A DNA stretch of 64,000 nt. It comes from an uncultured Pseudomonadota bacterium (GTDB lineage Bacteria; Myxococcota_A; Polyangia; Fen-1088). Positions 1-9,584 of the stretch are shown piece after piece. The stretch covers positions 97,278 through 161,277 of the forward strand of contig CAWKBC010000029.1 in NCBI GenBank assembly GCA_963847705.1, given 5' to 3'. The notes beneath the pieces were generated by a model, which worked only from the letters and a program-made list of their open reading frames with translations, did not search any database and had not been told where the DNA came from. Numbering within the stretch: the first letter of the stretch is position 1; each line of letters opens with the position of its first letter. The position numbers were made by a program, and so were the translations under genes.

Positions 1-436
1 CGGGGACTTCCACCTGTCCCTGCATTCGTCGCTGTTTCTGGTGCCCATCGCGGAGCCTGCCGGCGTCATGTGGACCATCGGTCTGGCGGGGAAGGTCCAC
101 TTCACCAACCTGGTCGCGCTCTACTTCGATCCCCAGGTCGGCATCATGCTGGCCCACCGCGACCTCTACAAAGATCAGCTGTTCATCCCCCTCGAGCTGC
201 AGCTCCAGGCGTCGGTCGCCGTGTCCCTGAAGCTCCTCTCCGGGGTCACCGGACAGCTCTCGGCGCTGGGTGACACCTACCAGGTCCCGCTCGGTCTGGG
301 CGTCGTCGCCAATCTGACCGCGCACCTCGATCTCGGGCTGCGATTCAGCTTCGACAACCTGCTGGGGCACACGCTGCCGGGGGTGTCGCGCACCGACGAG
401 CGCTCGATCGGGTTGCTGTTGATCATCCGGTCCTGA
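1..436 (+). CDS. 3' end of a gene entering from upstream; beta-strand-rich secreted or outer-membrane-like protein, function unknown
   Basis: The frame of ORF 41..436 stays open to the window edge. The sequence has an alternating hydrophobic pattern. No family recognised. Confidence 0.35.
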   Translation, partial: GDFHLSLHSSLFLVPIAEPAGVMWTIGLAGKVHFTNLVALYFDPQVGIMLAHRDLYKDQLFIPLELQLQASVAVSLKLLSGVTGQLSALGDTYQVPLGLGVVANLTAHLDLGLRFSFDNLLGHTLPGVSRTDERSIGLLLIIRS

Positions 437-558
437 CCTGCTCAAACCGATGCCGGGTGAGGAACGTCCCGGTCGGGATCACGCTGGCCCAGACGGCGCG
501 ACGAGCGCTCGGTCGGGCTGGTCGCCCGTCTGGCCGGTCCTGTACTACAATCGCCGTC

Positions 559-1356
559 ATGCGACTGACGGCGGGAATGGTGCTCGCGTTCCTGACTCTG
601 GCCAGCAGCCGCGCCTGGGCCGACCCGAGCACCCCGCCGCCCCCCGCAAGCGTGCCCGCGGATGCGCCGCCACCCAGCTACGAGCCGGCGCCGCCGCCAC
701 CGAACACGCCGCCACCCAGCTACGGACCGCCGGCGCCGTCGCCCGGTTACGCGCCGCCACCAGGTTACGCGCCGCCGCCCGGTTACGCGCCGCCACCAGG
801 TTACGCGCCGCCGCCCGGTTACGCGCCGCCGCCCGGTTACGCGCCGCCACCAGGTTACGCGCCGCCACCAGGTTATGCGCCGCCGCCAGGTTACGGATCC
901 AGCTGGGGCGGCGGACGGGCCTACAGTGAGGGGCCCAATCCGAACGCGATCTTCCTCTACGCCGAGCAACGCAAGAGCCCCGCGGTGGCGTTGTTGCTGT
1001 CCATTCTGGTCCCAGGAGTGGGCAACATCTACGCGGATCACGCCATGGGCGCGGTCATCACCTGGGCCCTGATCCTCGGTGGCGTGGTCCTGGCCGCCAA
1101 CAGCGTCCACAACACGACCGACCCCTACGGGTATTCGAGCGGCACCAGCCGGAACTCGACCGAGCTGACGCTGGGGATCTTCATGGCCCTGGGCGGCTTC
1201 ATCTACAGCCCGATCGACGCCTACTTTGCCAGCGAGAGTTACAACCACGCGCTGGCGGAGCGCCTGGGCTTGCCGACGGGATTCGCGCTCGGCCCAGCGC
1301 CGATCCGCACCGATCGGAGCGTCGCCTGGGGACCTGGTCTCAGCTTCCACTTCTGA
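559..1356 (+). CDS. Pro-rich membrane protein with a TM2-like C-terminal domain
   Basis: Internal ATG gives signal peptide MRLTAGMVLAFLTLASSRAWA. A proline-rich region contains 8x GYAPPP. Two C-terminal hydrophobic helices follow (LLLSILVPGVGNIYADHAMGAVITWALILGGVVLAA; LTLGIFMALGGFIY). Confidence 0.6.
   Translation: MRLTAGMVLAFLTLASSRAWADPSTPPPPASVPADAPPPSYEPAPPPPNTPPPSYGPPAPSPGYAPPPGYAPPPGYAPPPGYAPPPGYAPPPGYAPPPGYAPPPGYAPPPGYGSSWGGGRAYSEGPNPNAIFLYAEQRKSPAVALLLSILVPGVGNIYADHAMGAVITWALILGGVVLAANSVHNTTDPYGYSSGTSRNSTELTLGIFMALGGFIYSPIDAYFASESYNHALAERLGLPTGFALGPAPIRTDRSVAWGPGLSFHF
745..896 (+). repeat. 18-bp in-frame tandem repeat (ggttacgcgccgccRccM), 8 full units plus a partial one, encoding (GYAPPP)n
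   Basis: Units start at 745, 763, 781, 799, 817, 835, 853 and 871 (read directly). Only third-position variation occurs between units. Confidence 0.9.
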
Positions 1357-1520
1357 AGCGCGGCCGAGCGGGCGCGCCGTCGCGTTGAAATCGGCTCCTT
1401 GACGGGAGCCCTCCTGTTGCTCGGGTGCGGCGAGCGCTCGCCGCAGCTCGACTCGGTCCGTTCCTCGCTGACGATCACCGGTCCATCCGGGGCCTCCAGC
1501 TGAAATGACGGCCGCCGCCG

Positions 1521-3413
1521 TCAGCCTCGGGCGAGATAGCCCTCAGCCACCTGGCGGTTGCTCCCTGCCGGGTCGGCGTGCGCGACCTCTTCCAGGAGGG
1601 GGCGCAATGCGGGGAGGTCGCCCAGGTGGCTGCCCAGCAGATCGATGGCCGCGCGGCGGACGGTCTCGATCGGATCGTGGCGGGCCACCTCGGCCAGCCG
1701 CACGGCGAACGGTCCGACGTCACGGAACCGGATCGCCGAGATGGCCGCAAAGCGCGTGCTCGTCTCGCCGGTGCGCACCAGGAGAGAGCCGAGTAAGGGA
1801 TCGACGGCGGGATCGGCGATGAAGCGCAGCGCCTCGATGGCCGGCGTTCGCAAGGCGCCCCCCTTCTCGTCGATGAAAGCCCGGAGCGCCGGGAGGCTGC
1901 TGGGATCGCCGGCGTTGCCCAGCGCGACCACCAGATCCTGCCGTGACGTCAGGTCGGAGGCGCGCGCGAGCCGGGTGTTCAGCTCGCCGACGAGCTCGCT
2001 CGTCTTGTCCGGCGCCGTCGGGCGAAGACCGCGGGCGCAGGCGCCGAGCGCCAGCAGCGCGGCCTGGCCGAGCGCGTGGTCGTCGAGCAGCGCGCGCAAC
2101 CCCGCGACCGCGGCGGACGTGGGAGAGGGTTGCAAGCCGAGATACTGAACGGCGGAGAGACGCACCCTCGGGTCCACGGCGGGCTCTGCCGCGATCGCGG
2201 CCAGCCCCGCCTGCGCCTCGGCGGTGCCTGCCCCCGACAGCGCGTCGACCAGCAGCTTGCCCCGGTCCGCGGGCTCGCCGCGCACCAGGCTGGGAAGGCG
2301 GGCGGCGGTGCCCGGCTCCAGCCGGAGCAGCGCCTCCCAGCGTGCCACCAGCGTGGCGGCGGTGCGCTCACCCGGCTCGACCACCGGCAGCGCACGCAGC
2401 TCGGCGATCAGAAACTCCGCCGAGGCGCCGGCCAGCAGCGTGCGATCCCGGCGCGCCGCCTCGGCGGCGGGATCGAGGCCGAGCTGCGCCATCGGGTGGG
2501 GTTCGAACTGCGCCTGCTCCCGCGCGAAGGCGCCGGCCAGCGCGGGATTGCCGAGCAGCCGCCCATCTTCCAGCGTGAAGCGCAGGCTCACGGTGAAGGA
2601 GAGCCCGGAGAGCGCGATGGTGGTGCTGTCGTCGGCGCGCAGCTCCAGCAGGCGGCCCCGGGGGTCGGCCACGAGATCGATGTCTGACCGGTCGATCCGG
2701 ATCTGCGGAGGCGTGGTTGCGTTCGCTCCGGCGGCGCTCGCTCCGGGCGCGGCGCGAGCGCCGGCGGTGTCGTCGAGATAGCGCGCCTTCTGCTTGTGGA
2801 ACCGGTTGGGCTCGGTCTCCTGGTAGGCCGCCAGGTAGGCGCCGTTCACGTCGCGCTCCTCGAGGATCCAGGCCGCCTGCGCCTGCGCCGGCCGCACCAG
2901 CTGCGCCTCGCCCACCAGCGTGAGCAGGATGTTGGCCATCGCCGGCTTCATCCCGCGCGGGAGCCACACTTCGAACACCGCGCCGTTCGCGCGCTGGCGC
3001 ACGAAGAAACGGCGCCCCAGCTCGCTCGCCAGCTCGGCGCCCGTCTCCGCCTGGCGCGCGGCAGCGTCGACGCCCTCCCCCGCGCTGGCCCGCAGCTCTG
3101 CCAGCTCGCAGGCGACCGTGGCCAGCCCATCGTTCACCTCGGTGACGGTGGCGCGCCATTCGCCTTCCAGCTCCATCTCCTGCGGCGGCGCGCCGCCACC
3201 GAGCTCGAGCAGCACCGTCACCTGGGCGCGGCTGCGCACCTCTTCCCCGACGCGGAACGGGCCGAGGACGCTGGCGGTCTGGCCCGCGCCCGGCCGCCGG
3301 TGCCGTGAGGCCCGGGCGGCCGCCAGCCCGAGCGCTGCCGTCCCCAGGAGGGCGGCAGCAGCCAGCGCCAGGCGAACGCGCCGGGGGCTCGTGGTGGAGG
3401 TGGTGGATTTCAC
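1521..3413 (-). CDS. secreted HEAT-repeat protein, function unknown
   Basis: 630-aa ORF. N-terminal signal-like segment RRVRLALAAAALLGTAALGLAAA. The C-terminal third has HEAT-like repeats (AIEALRFIADPAVDPLL, VRRAAIDLLGSHLGDLPALRPLLEE). Confidence 0.55.
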   Translation of the reverse strand: MKSTTSTTSPRRVRLALAAAALLGTAALGLAAARASRHRRPGAGQTASVLGPFRVGEEVRSRAQVTVLLELGGGAPPQEMELEGEWRATVTEVNDGLATVACELAELRASAGEGVDAAARQAETGAELASELGRRFFVRQRANGAVFEVWLPRGMKPAMANILLTLVGEAQLVRPAQAQAAWILEERDVNGAYLAAYQETEPNRFHKQKARYLDDTAGARAAPGASAAGANATTPPQIRIDRSDIDLVADPRGRLLELRADDSTTIALSGLSFTVSLRFTLEDGRLLGNPALAGAFAREQAQFEPHPMAQLGLDPAAEAARRDRTLLAGASAEFLIAELRALPVVEPGERTAATLVARWEALLRLEPGTAARLPSLVRGEPADRGKLLVDALSGAGTAEAQAGLAAIAAEPAVDPRVRLSAVQYLGLQPSPTSAAVAGLRALLDDHALGQAALLALGACARGLRPTAPDKTSELVGELNTRLARASDLTSRQDLVVALGNAGDPSSLPALRAFIDEKGGALRTPAIEALRFIADPAVDPLLGSLLVRTGETSTRFAAISAIRFRDVGPFAVRLAEVARHDPIETVRRAAIDLLGSHLGDLPALRPLLEEVAHADPAGSNRQVAEGYLARG

Positions 3414-3420
3414 CGGCTGC

Positions 3421-5874
3421 TCACATCGGGCAGCCCGAGGCCACGTCGATCGGGATCTCCGTCAGGCCCGTGTGCCCGAGCGTATCGCCGCCGACCAGCC
3501 GGATGATCTTGATCGATTCATCGAGGAGGAGAGGCGCGGTGAGACCCGTGCCGAGCTGGGCACCCCGATCGTTGTTGGGATCGAGGCCCTGGCGGGCGAA
3601 GGAGTCGGAGTACCAGGTGAGAGAGACCGTCTCGCCGTCCGGGTTGTTGTAGGAGGCCATGGCGATGACGCTGGCGGCACCCTGGCAGTTGGTCAAGAAC
3701 TCCTGGTCGACCCCCGGGGCCAGGAGGATCGGGGTGATGGCGGTGGACGACGGGTTCGGGTTGACGTTGATGTGCACGCTGGCCGTACCGCTGCCGGCCG
3801 TCGGGTAGGCGGTGCTGGTCGCCACCACCGTCAGCGTGCGCGTCGGGCAATCGCCATACCAGATGTTTCCGGTCGCGCCGATGAGGTCGCCCGCGCAGTC
3901 CGACGTCCAGACCTGGTGATCGAGCTCGATCGTCTGGTTGCCGCCGCTCGAGTTGAAGGGGATGGTGAACGTGGACCTCATGAACGACCTGTCGTTCTGG
4001 TTGAACGTCTCTCCCTCGAACGGGTAGTCGATCTGCCCCGGGGCGCTGGTGACCGCCGGGCAGACGGTGGCCGTGTCGAGCGGAATGGTCTGGGTGGCCA
4101 GCGGCGTCGCCGGGAGGATGTCGAACGTCTGGCTGTAGCCCGGCCACGAATAGATGTCGCCTTCGTCGCGCCAGCAGAGCTCGACGAAGCAGCCGCAGCA
4201 GATGCCGGCTTCGACGTAGTAACCGATCGTGCCGCTGCCGGCGGTGAGGATCGCCTGCGCGGTCAGCGTCTCGTTGACCTGGACCGAGCAAGACCCCGGC
4301 TGCAGGTTGAGGCTGGCCGAGATGCCGACGTTGATCGGCACGCTGAGGCCGATCAGCTTGGCGGTCACGAAGAGGCCAGCGCCGACGAAGCCGCCGACGC
4401 TCAGGCCGCCGCGCAAGGTGGCGCTGATGCTGGCCGTCGGGTTGATCGCCAGCCCGACGCCGCTGGGCGTGAACCCGCCGGTCAACGTCGCCTGCAGCGA
4501 GAAGTCGATCGACGCGGCGATGCTGAAGATCCAGTAGTTGATGCTGGGGAGCGCGAAGTGCGGGGTGACGTTGGCGATCGGCTGGTTGATGCCGGCCGTG
4601 CCGCTGAAATCCTGGCACACCTGGTCGATGCCAAAGTAGCTGTAGCAGAAGTGGGCGGTGCCGTTCGAGGGGGGGATTGACCCGGCGCTGGGCGCGGGGG
4701 TGTGGCTCTCCGCGTGCCCGGTGAGGCTCACGATCGAGGTCTGGCCGCCGAGCAGCCAGATGTCGGCGCCGACGTCGAGATCGAAGCTGGTGTTTCGGGC
4801 GCCATTGGTGTCGATCGGCGCGTCGATGCTGCCGTTGGCGTGCCAGCCGGCGTCGGCGAGGTCGCTCCCGGTCAGACGTCCGCTCAGGCCGAAGGGCGGA
4901 TCGGTGTTGGAGCTGCGCGTGGGCGGCAGGGCCGTGCCGTTGCGGATCACCGAGTCCTGCACGGGGATGGCGGGCGTCGGCAGGTGCAGCCGCACGAAGC
5001 CGGAGACCTGCCAGTTGCGCTGCGCCTGCACGAACCCGTTCAGCGAGGCCGCCACGTCGGCCGCGCTGGTGCCGAAGTAGGTCGGGATGGGCGGCAGTCC
5101 CGCCAAGAGATCGTCCTCGACCGGGTTGAGCGCGATCTGGGCGCGGACCTTGGTCGTCCCCGCGGCGGAGGCTCCGTTGACGATGGTCAGGCGCACGAAG
5201 CTGGCCGGGACCAGGTCGCCGGCGCGCGCGCCGCCCGCGCACGACGCGAACTTGTAGTCGTGCCCGGTGCTGGCGTCAGCGGTGTACTGGCAGACCACGT
5301 TCGCGGCTGTGCCCAGCGTGTACTCGAAGGTCGCGCTGCCGGTGCCGACGGCGCCGGTGACGGCGTGGAAGCTGGCCGGGATCTGGATGATCCCCTGCGT
5401 GAAGGTCTGCTGCGCGACCGTGGTCGCGGCGGGCGAATACGCCTTCGAGGCCACCAGCAGAATCGACTGCCCCGGCGTGATCTGAGTTTCGTCGGTCGGC
5501 GCCGGCGGCTTCTTTCCCTTGATCCGCAGGTTGTCGAGCCGATAGACGCCGGGGCTGTTGGTGGGGACGGTGAGCGCGATCCCGAAGGTCAGGTCGCTGA
5601 AGGTCGCTCCCTTGATGACGTCCGCGGTGGCGTCGGGAATCTTGAACCGCAAGGTGGAGTAGACCGCGGTGCGCATGCCGGTCAGCTCCACCTGCCCGAG
5701 GTAGGCGTTGTACAGGTTCCGGGACGGGACGCTGACGTACATCTGCAGGGCGCCGGTCCAGTAGGGGCTCACCTGCTCCGTCGGGATCATGAAATCCAGG
5801 GCGGCGTAGGCGCCCCGATCGATCTTCATCAGCTCGGGCGTGCTCGAGGCGAGCTTCGCGCTGTCGATGCGCAC
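3421..5874 (-). CDS. large secreted beta-rich protein, main body; probably one gene with 5892..6116, interrupted by a 1-nt frame break
   Basis: 817-aa ORF from GTG 5874 without its own signal peptide. The frame is open upstream and reads ...QGASALALTKPSGNVRIDSAKL. Composition is Gly/Thr/Ser-rich and extracellular in type. Confidence 0.6.
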   Translation of the reverse strand: MRIDSAKLASSTPELMKIDRGAYAALDFMIPTEQVSPYWTGALQMYVSVPSRNLYNAYLGQVELTGMRTAVYSTLRFKIPDATADVIKGATFSDLTFGIALTVPTNSPGVYRLDNLRIKGKKPPAPTDETQITPGQSILLVASKAYSPAATTVAQQTFTQGIIQIPASFHAVTGAVGTGSATFEYTLGTAANVVCQYTADASTGHDYKFASCAGGARAGDLVPASFVRLTIVNGASAAGTTKVRAQIALNPVEDDLLAGLPPIPTYFGTSAADVAASLNGFVQAQRNWQVSGFVRLHLPTPAIPVQDSVIRNGTALPPTRSSNTDPPFGLSGRLTGSDLADAGWHANGSIDAPIDTNGARNTSFDLDVGADIWLLGGQTSIVSLTGHAESHTPAPSAGSIPPSNGTAHFCYSYFGIDQVCQDFSGTAGINQPIANVTPHFALPSINYWIFSIAASIDFSLQATLTGGFTPSGVGLAINPTASISATLRGGLSVGGFVGAGLFVTAKLIGLSVPINVGISASLNLQPGSCSVQVNETLTAQAILTAGSGTIGYYVEAGICCGCFVELCWRDEGDIYSWPGYSQTFDILPATPLATQTIPLDTATVCPAVTSAPGQIDYPFEGETFNQNDRSFMRSTFTIPFNSSGGNQTIELDHQVWTSDCAGDLIGATGNIWYGDCPTRTLTVVATSTAYPTAGSGTASVHINVNPNPSSTAITPILLAPGVDQEFLTNCQGAASVIAMASYNNPDGETVSLTWYSDSFARQGLDPNNDRGAQLGTGLTAPLLLDESIKIIRLVGGDTLGHTGLTEIPIDVASGCPM

Positions 5875-5891
5875 GTTGCCCGACGGCTTCG

Positions 5892-6116
5892 TCAGGGCCA
5901 GCGCCGACGCGCCCTGGGTGCGGTGGTGGTGAGCGCGACACTCTGCACCTGCCCCTGCGTGACCGTCCAGCCGCCGAGCGCCTCGAACCCCAGCGTGTCA
6001 GCGAACGTCAGCGCGTCGCGCCGGGTCTCGACCTCGGTGGGGCTCTGGCATGCAGCCAGAACGGCGAGTGAGATGAGGGCGAGCCCTTTACCAACCTTCC
6101 AGTCGAATCCAAACAT
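5892..6116 (-). CDS. lipoprotein signal-peptide fragment, likely the N-terminus of the 3421..5874 protein
   Basis: Lipobox in MFGFDWKVGKGLALISLAVLAAC. The ORF ends 18 nt upstream of the next ORF, in a different frame. Confidence 0.5.
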   Translation of the reverse strand: MFGFDWKVGKGLALISLAVLAACQSPTEVETRRDALTFADTLGFEALGGWTVTQGQVQSVALTTTAPRARRRWP

Positions 6117-6178
6117 TCTGATGTCCTCCGGGACCGCGTACGTTTCTGGCGTGAAGCTGCCCGCGCCAGCACAGGGTG

Positions 6179-6198
6179 GCGCGGAGAATCAGTGATCT
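6179..6198. promoter_or_regulatory. perfect 20-bp palindrome tcagtgatctagatcactga in a divergent intergenic region; candidate operator
   Basis: Read directly. It lies 63 bp upstream of the lipoprotein start (6116) and about 400 bp upstream of the plus-strand gene starting at 6603. Confidence 0.4.
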
Positions 6199-6602
6199 AG
6201 ATCACTGACGCAAGCTCGGAATTGGCCCCCGCACCGACGGCGGTGGCGTCACGACTCTCGGCGTTTCAGGACTTCCCGACTTCCTTCGGGCCTGCGCCAC
6301 CGTCCCCTCACGCCTCACGGCGTCTCCCTCGATCGCACGTACATGGTCGGTCGTCCTCCGCGTTTGGTCACGCCCCACGGCGTCGCCGCGAACGTCACCA
6401 GGAGAACCCCCGAGCCACCGATTTCGCGCAAATCTTTTTTCGCGGACGGCGGACGGGCCGGCGGCGATCCTCACGCCGTTCCTCACAGCCGTCTGGCGTG
6501 CCTCGACTTCCCCCCGGGCGGCGTCTGATATCTTTTCGGGATGGGCCTCGCGCGCGCGGACAAGGTCGCCATCGTGGCCGGAAGACGGCCGGGCGTCCGC
6601 GC

Positions 6603-7796
6603 GTGAGCCGACGTTCGGTCCCCGCGGTCAGCATCGCGGTCGTCGGCGGGGCGGGCGCGATGGGTCGGATCGTCGTGCGCGATCTGGCGGAGACCGCCGG
6701 GCCGGCGGTGAAGATCGTCATCGCCGACTCCAACCAGCGGGCGGCCGGGCAGCTGGCGCGCGCGCTGGGCACGCGCGCGCGCGCGATGAAGGTCGACGTC
6801 ACCCAGATCGCCCCGACCGCCCGGGCGCTCGCGGGCGCGTTCGCGATCATCAACTGCTGCCAGCACGAATTCAATCTGCCGGTGATGGAGGCCGCGCTGC
6901 GCGTCGGCGCCCACTACTGCGACCTCGGCGGGCTGTTCCACCTCACCCGCCGGCAGCTCGGGCTGCACGCGCGCTTCCGGCGGGCCGGTCTGCTGGCGCT
7001 GCTGGGGATCGGCGCGGCGCCCGGGATCGTCAACCTGCTGGCGCGCGCCGCGGCCGACGACATGGAGCGCGTCGATGAGATCCACATCCTGGTGGGAAAC
7101 GTCGATCGCACGCCGGGGCGGCAGCCCGGCGTCTTTGGCGCCTCCTATTCGCTGCAGACCATCCTGGATGAGGCCTCGCTGCCGGCGGCCATCTTCACCG
7201 GCGGCAAGTTCGCCTTCGTGGCGCCGATGAGCGATCCCCAGGCGGTGCGATTTCCCGCGCCGGTGGGCCTTCGCCATCCGGCACGAACACTCCACTCCGA
7301 GGTGGCGACGCTGCCGCTCAGCTATCGGGCCAAAGGGGTGCGCGAGGTCAGCTTCAGGATCGCCTTTCCGGACGCGCTGGCCGATCGGTTGCGGTTCCTG
7401 CACGCGCTGGGCATGACCTCGACCATCCCCATCCCGGTCGGAAAGCGCCGGGTGGCGCCGCGCGAGCTGCTGACCGCCCTCCACCGGCGTCTCCCGAGGC
7501 CCGCCCCGGGCGGTCCGCCCGACGAGCACGAGGTCCTGCGGGTGGTGGTCCGGGGCGCGCGACAGGGGAAGGATGTGGAGGAGGTTCTGGATTGCCGCAC
7601 CCACGGAATCGCGGCCTGGGGGCTGGGTGTGGATGTCGACACCGGATGCCCGCCTTCGATCGCCATGCAGCTTCTGGCGGCGGGGGCGATCACGGCGCGC
7701 GGTGTCCTGCCGCCCGAACAGGCGATCCCGGTCGCGCCGTTCTTCGCAGAGCTCGCCAAGCGCGGCATGCGTGTGCACCGCCGTCGGACGCGCTGA
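6603..7796 (+). CDS. saccharopine dehydrogenase family NAD(P)-binding oxidoreductase
   Basis: In-frame GTG 6603 gives VSRRSVPAVSIAVVGGAGAMGRIVVRDL (Rossmann GxGxxG at the N-terminus). The ~397-aa length is typical. The upstream part of ORF 6222..7796 is Arg/Pro-rich junk. Confidence 0.7.
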   Translation: MSRRSVPAVSIAVVGGAGAMGRIVVRDLAETAGPAVKIVIADSNQRAAGQLARALGTRARAMKVDVTQIAPTARALAGAFAIINCCQHEFNLPVMEAALRVGAHYCDLGGLFHLTRRQLGLHARFRRAGLLALLGIGAAPGIVNLLARAAADDMERVDEIHILVGNVDRTPGRQPGVFGASYSLQTILDEASLPAAIFTGGKFAFVAPMSDPQAVRFPAPVGLRHPARTLHSEVATLPLSYRAKGVREVSFRIAFPDALADRLRFLHALGMTSTIPIPVGKRRVAPRELLTALHRRLPRPAPGGPPDEHEVLRVVVRGARQGKDVEEVLDCRTHGIAAWGLGVDVDTGCPPSIAMQLLAAGAITARGVLPPEQAIPVAPFFAELAKRGMRVHRRRTR

Positions 7797-7854
7797 GCGC
7801 GGTTGCGGCGACGGTCGTCGGCCGGCCGGCGAAACCCGTCGGCGCGGGCGACGT

Positions 7855-9321
7855 TCAGATGTTTGGCCGACGGAGCGGCAAGGGTGCGCGCGCGGCGCCG
7901 TATCCCCCGAGGCCGGCCGGGATCAGCGAGAGCCGCACGAGCAAGAAGTAGAGCGCCATGGGCAGCAGCACCGCCGGACCCGAGGCGGTGAGCAGGCGGA
8001 CCGGTCCCCGCGCCGCCAGGCTGACGGGATCGAGCAGCCACAGGTAGACCAGCTGGCCGAGCAGCACGCAGCCGAGGGCGGCAAGGTTGAAGCCGCGGAA
8101 AAATCGGTAGTGCCCGTCCTGGGCGTCCTCGAAGATCTGCGAGACGTTGAGCCGCCCCCGCCTGATGAGCAGGTAGTCGACCAGCACCACGCCCGAGATG
8201 GGTGCAAACATGGTCGCGTTGTACGCCAGGAAGGCCGAGCCCCGGGCGTAGAGCCACTCGGGCGCGACGGCGTAGATCAACACCGGAACGAAGCTGCAGG
8301 CGGTCAGGGCGCGCCACGACAGCTGCCGCAGCGGGCGCACGTGCCGGCAGGCCAGCGCCGCCGTGTACATCATCAGTGCCGAGGCGGAGACGTTGGCGAT
8401 CGCGACCAGCGCCAGCGCCAGCGCACCCAGGATGGGCCCTCCGGCGCGGATCATCCAGATCGTCGGATCGTACGAACGGTAGAGCAGTCCGGCCAGAAGA
8501 CCGGTGCAGCAGACCAGACCCATCCCCAGCCCCAGGGTGAGCACCTGTGGATAGAGGCTGTTGCGTTGCGTGTCGGTGTTGCGCGAGAGAAAGCCGATTC
8601 CCGGCCACCAGGAGAATCCGGCGCCCAGACCGTATTCGAGCGCGATCACGTAGCCGAGCCGCGCGTCCGCCACAGGCGCCAGCGGCGTCTGGCGCACGAG
8701 CGCCGCCCAACCTCCGTGGCGGAAGATGACGTAGAAGAGAAGTCCGGTCACCGCCAGGAGGCCTGGCGTGACGACCGAGTTGAGAACGTTGAGGATGTGG
8801 ACCCCCCGGATGACGATCAGGTAAGCGATCGCAATCCCGGCGCCGACCGCGATGCGCACCACCCACTGGCTCGACGGGCCCACCGGGCCTCCAACCGCGC
8901 CGATCACGTTGGCGGCGCCGCGGCCGAACATGACCAGGATCATTCCCGTCCAGCCGACCTGGTTGATGACGTAGAAAATGAGGATCACCTTGGCGCCGCT
9001 CTGGCCGAAGCAGGACTTGGTGAAGTCGATCTGTTCCAGGCCGTACCGATTGCACGCGAGCGCCGAGCCGGCGGCGGACAGCGTCACCCCGATCACGCAG
9101 CCGGCGATGAGAGCCACCACCCCTTGCACGGCCCCCACCACGTTGGCCGCGTAGCCGCCGATGAGAAAACACCAGGCCGCGACCGCGTAGGTGAACCCGG
9201 TGGCCAGGATCCCTCGGGTCGAGTACTCGCGCTCGCCCCGCAGGAGGGGCAGCCGCCCGAACAGCGCCTGATCACGCAGCCGGGCCGCGAACTCAGGCGC
9301 CGGCTCGGGGGCAGCTCTCAT
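7855..9321 (-). CDS. NCS1-family (cytosine/purine/uracil/allantoin-type) permease
   Basis: ATG 9321 (MRAAPEPAPEF...). About 12 TM segments. Family-like stretch REYSTRGILATGFTYAVAAWCFLIGGY...NRYGLEQIDFTKSCFG. Confidence 0.75.
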   Translation of the reverse strand: MRAAPEPAPEFAARLRDQALFGRLPLLRGEREYSTRGILATGFTYAVAAWCFLIGGYAANVVGAVQGVVALIAGCVIGVTLSAAGSALACNRYGLEQIDFTKSCFGQSGAKVILIFYVINQVGWTGMILVMFGRGAANVIGAVGGPVGPSSQWVVRIAVGAGIAIAYLIVIRGVHILNVLNSVVTPGLLAVTGLLFYVIFRHGGWAALVRQTPLAPVADARLGYVIALEYGLGAGFSWWPGIGFLSRNTDTQRNSLYPQVLTLGLGMGLVCCTGLLAGLLYRSYDPTIWMIRAGGPILGALALALVAIANVSASALMMYTAALACRHVRPLRQLSWRALTACSFVPVLIYAVAPEWLYARGSAFLAYNATMFAPISGVVLVDYLLIRRGRLNVSQIFEDAQDGHYRFFRGFNLAALGCVLLGQLVYLWLLDPVSLAARGPVRLLTASGPAVLLPMALYFLLVRLSLIPAGLGGYGAARAPLPLRRPNI

Positions 9322-9524
9322 CGACAGATCCAGATCGCCAGCGCGGGCGCGAGCAGGCAGAGGATGAACACCAGGAGCGCGTCGCCGAGACCCATCCGCC
9401 CGAACGCCTCGTCGGAGGCCGCGGCGAGCTCGGCCAAGCGACGTTCCAGCTCCGCCCGCAGCGCGCGCCGGTAGCGTTCCTCGCTCGCGCCGGCGCCGGT
9501 TCCCGGATCGTCCGCCTGGGCCAT
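9318..9524 (-). CDS. small single-TM protein, translationally coupled to the permease
   Basis: 68 aa: MAQADDPG...GLGDALLVFILCLLAPALAIWICR. Its stop overlaps the permease ATG (ATGA). Confidence 0.4.
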   Translation of the reverse strand: MAQADDPGTGAGASEERYRRALRAELERRLAELAAASDEAFGRMGLGDALLVFILCLLAPALAIWICR

Positions 9525-9584
9525 TCTGGAAGATGTAGCAACCCCCTGGCCGTTCGGGGACGGCAGCCTCAACAATGATGGGCC

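Noticed and set aside
442-1350. 302-aa minus-strand ORF (and several others at 450-1072) with striking RRVTWW/RLRAA repeats
   Set aside because: These are frame and strand shadows of the (GYAPPP)n coding repeat in a high-GC gene. They have Arg-rich composition and no start or signal logic.
1393-1410. Hairpin ggctcc-ttgacg-ggagcc between convergent genes, considered as a terminator
   Set aside because: Only a 6-bp stem with no U-tract, so it is too weak to call.
2920-6195. Long ORFs 2920..4680 (+), 3518..5242 (-) and 4702..6195 (+) overlapping the HEAT and large lipoprotein genes
   Set aside because: Arg/Ala/Gly/Pro-rich low-complexity translations typical of wrong-frame reading in ~70% GC DNA. 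The accepted frames have signal peptides and globular-looking sequence.
6222-6602. N-terminal 127 codons of ORF 6222..7796
   Set aside because: Arg/Pro/Ser-rich junk preceding the Rossmann fold. In-frame GTG 6603 gives a family-typical length.
7322-9474. 616-aa (-) and 633-aa (+) ORFs across the permease region
   Set aside because: Both are off-frame or antisense shadows of the NCS1 permease gene. The permease frame alone shows about 12 hydrophobic helices.
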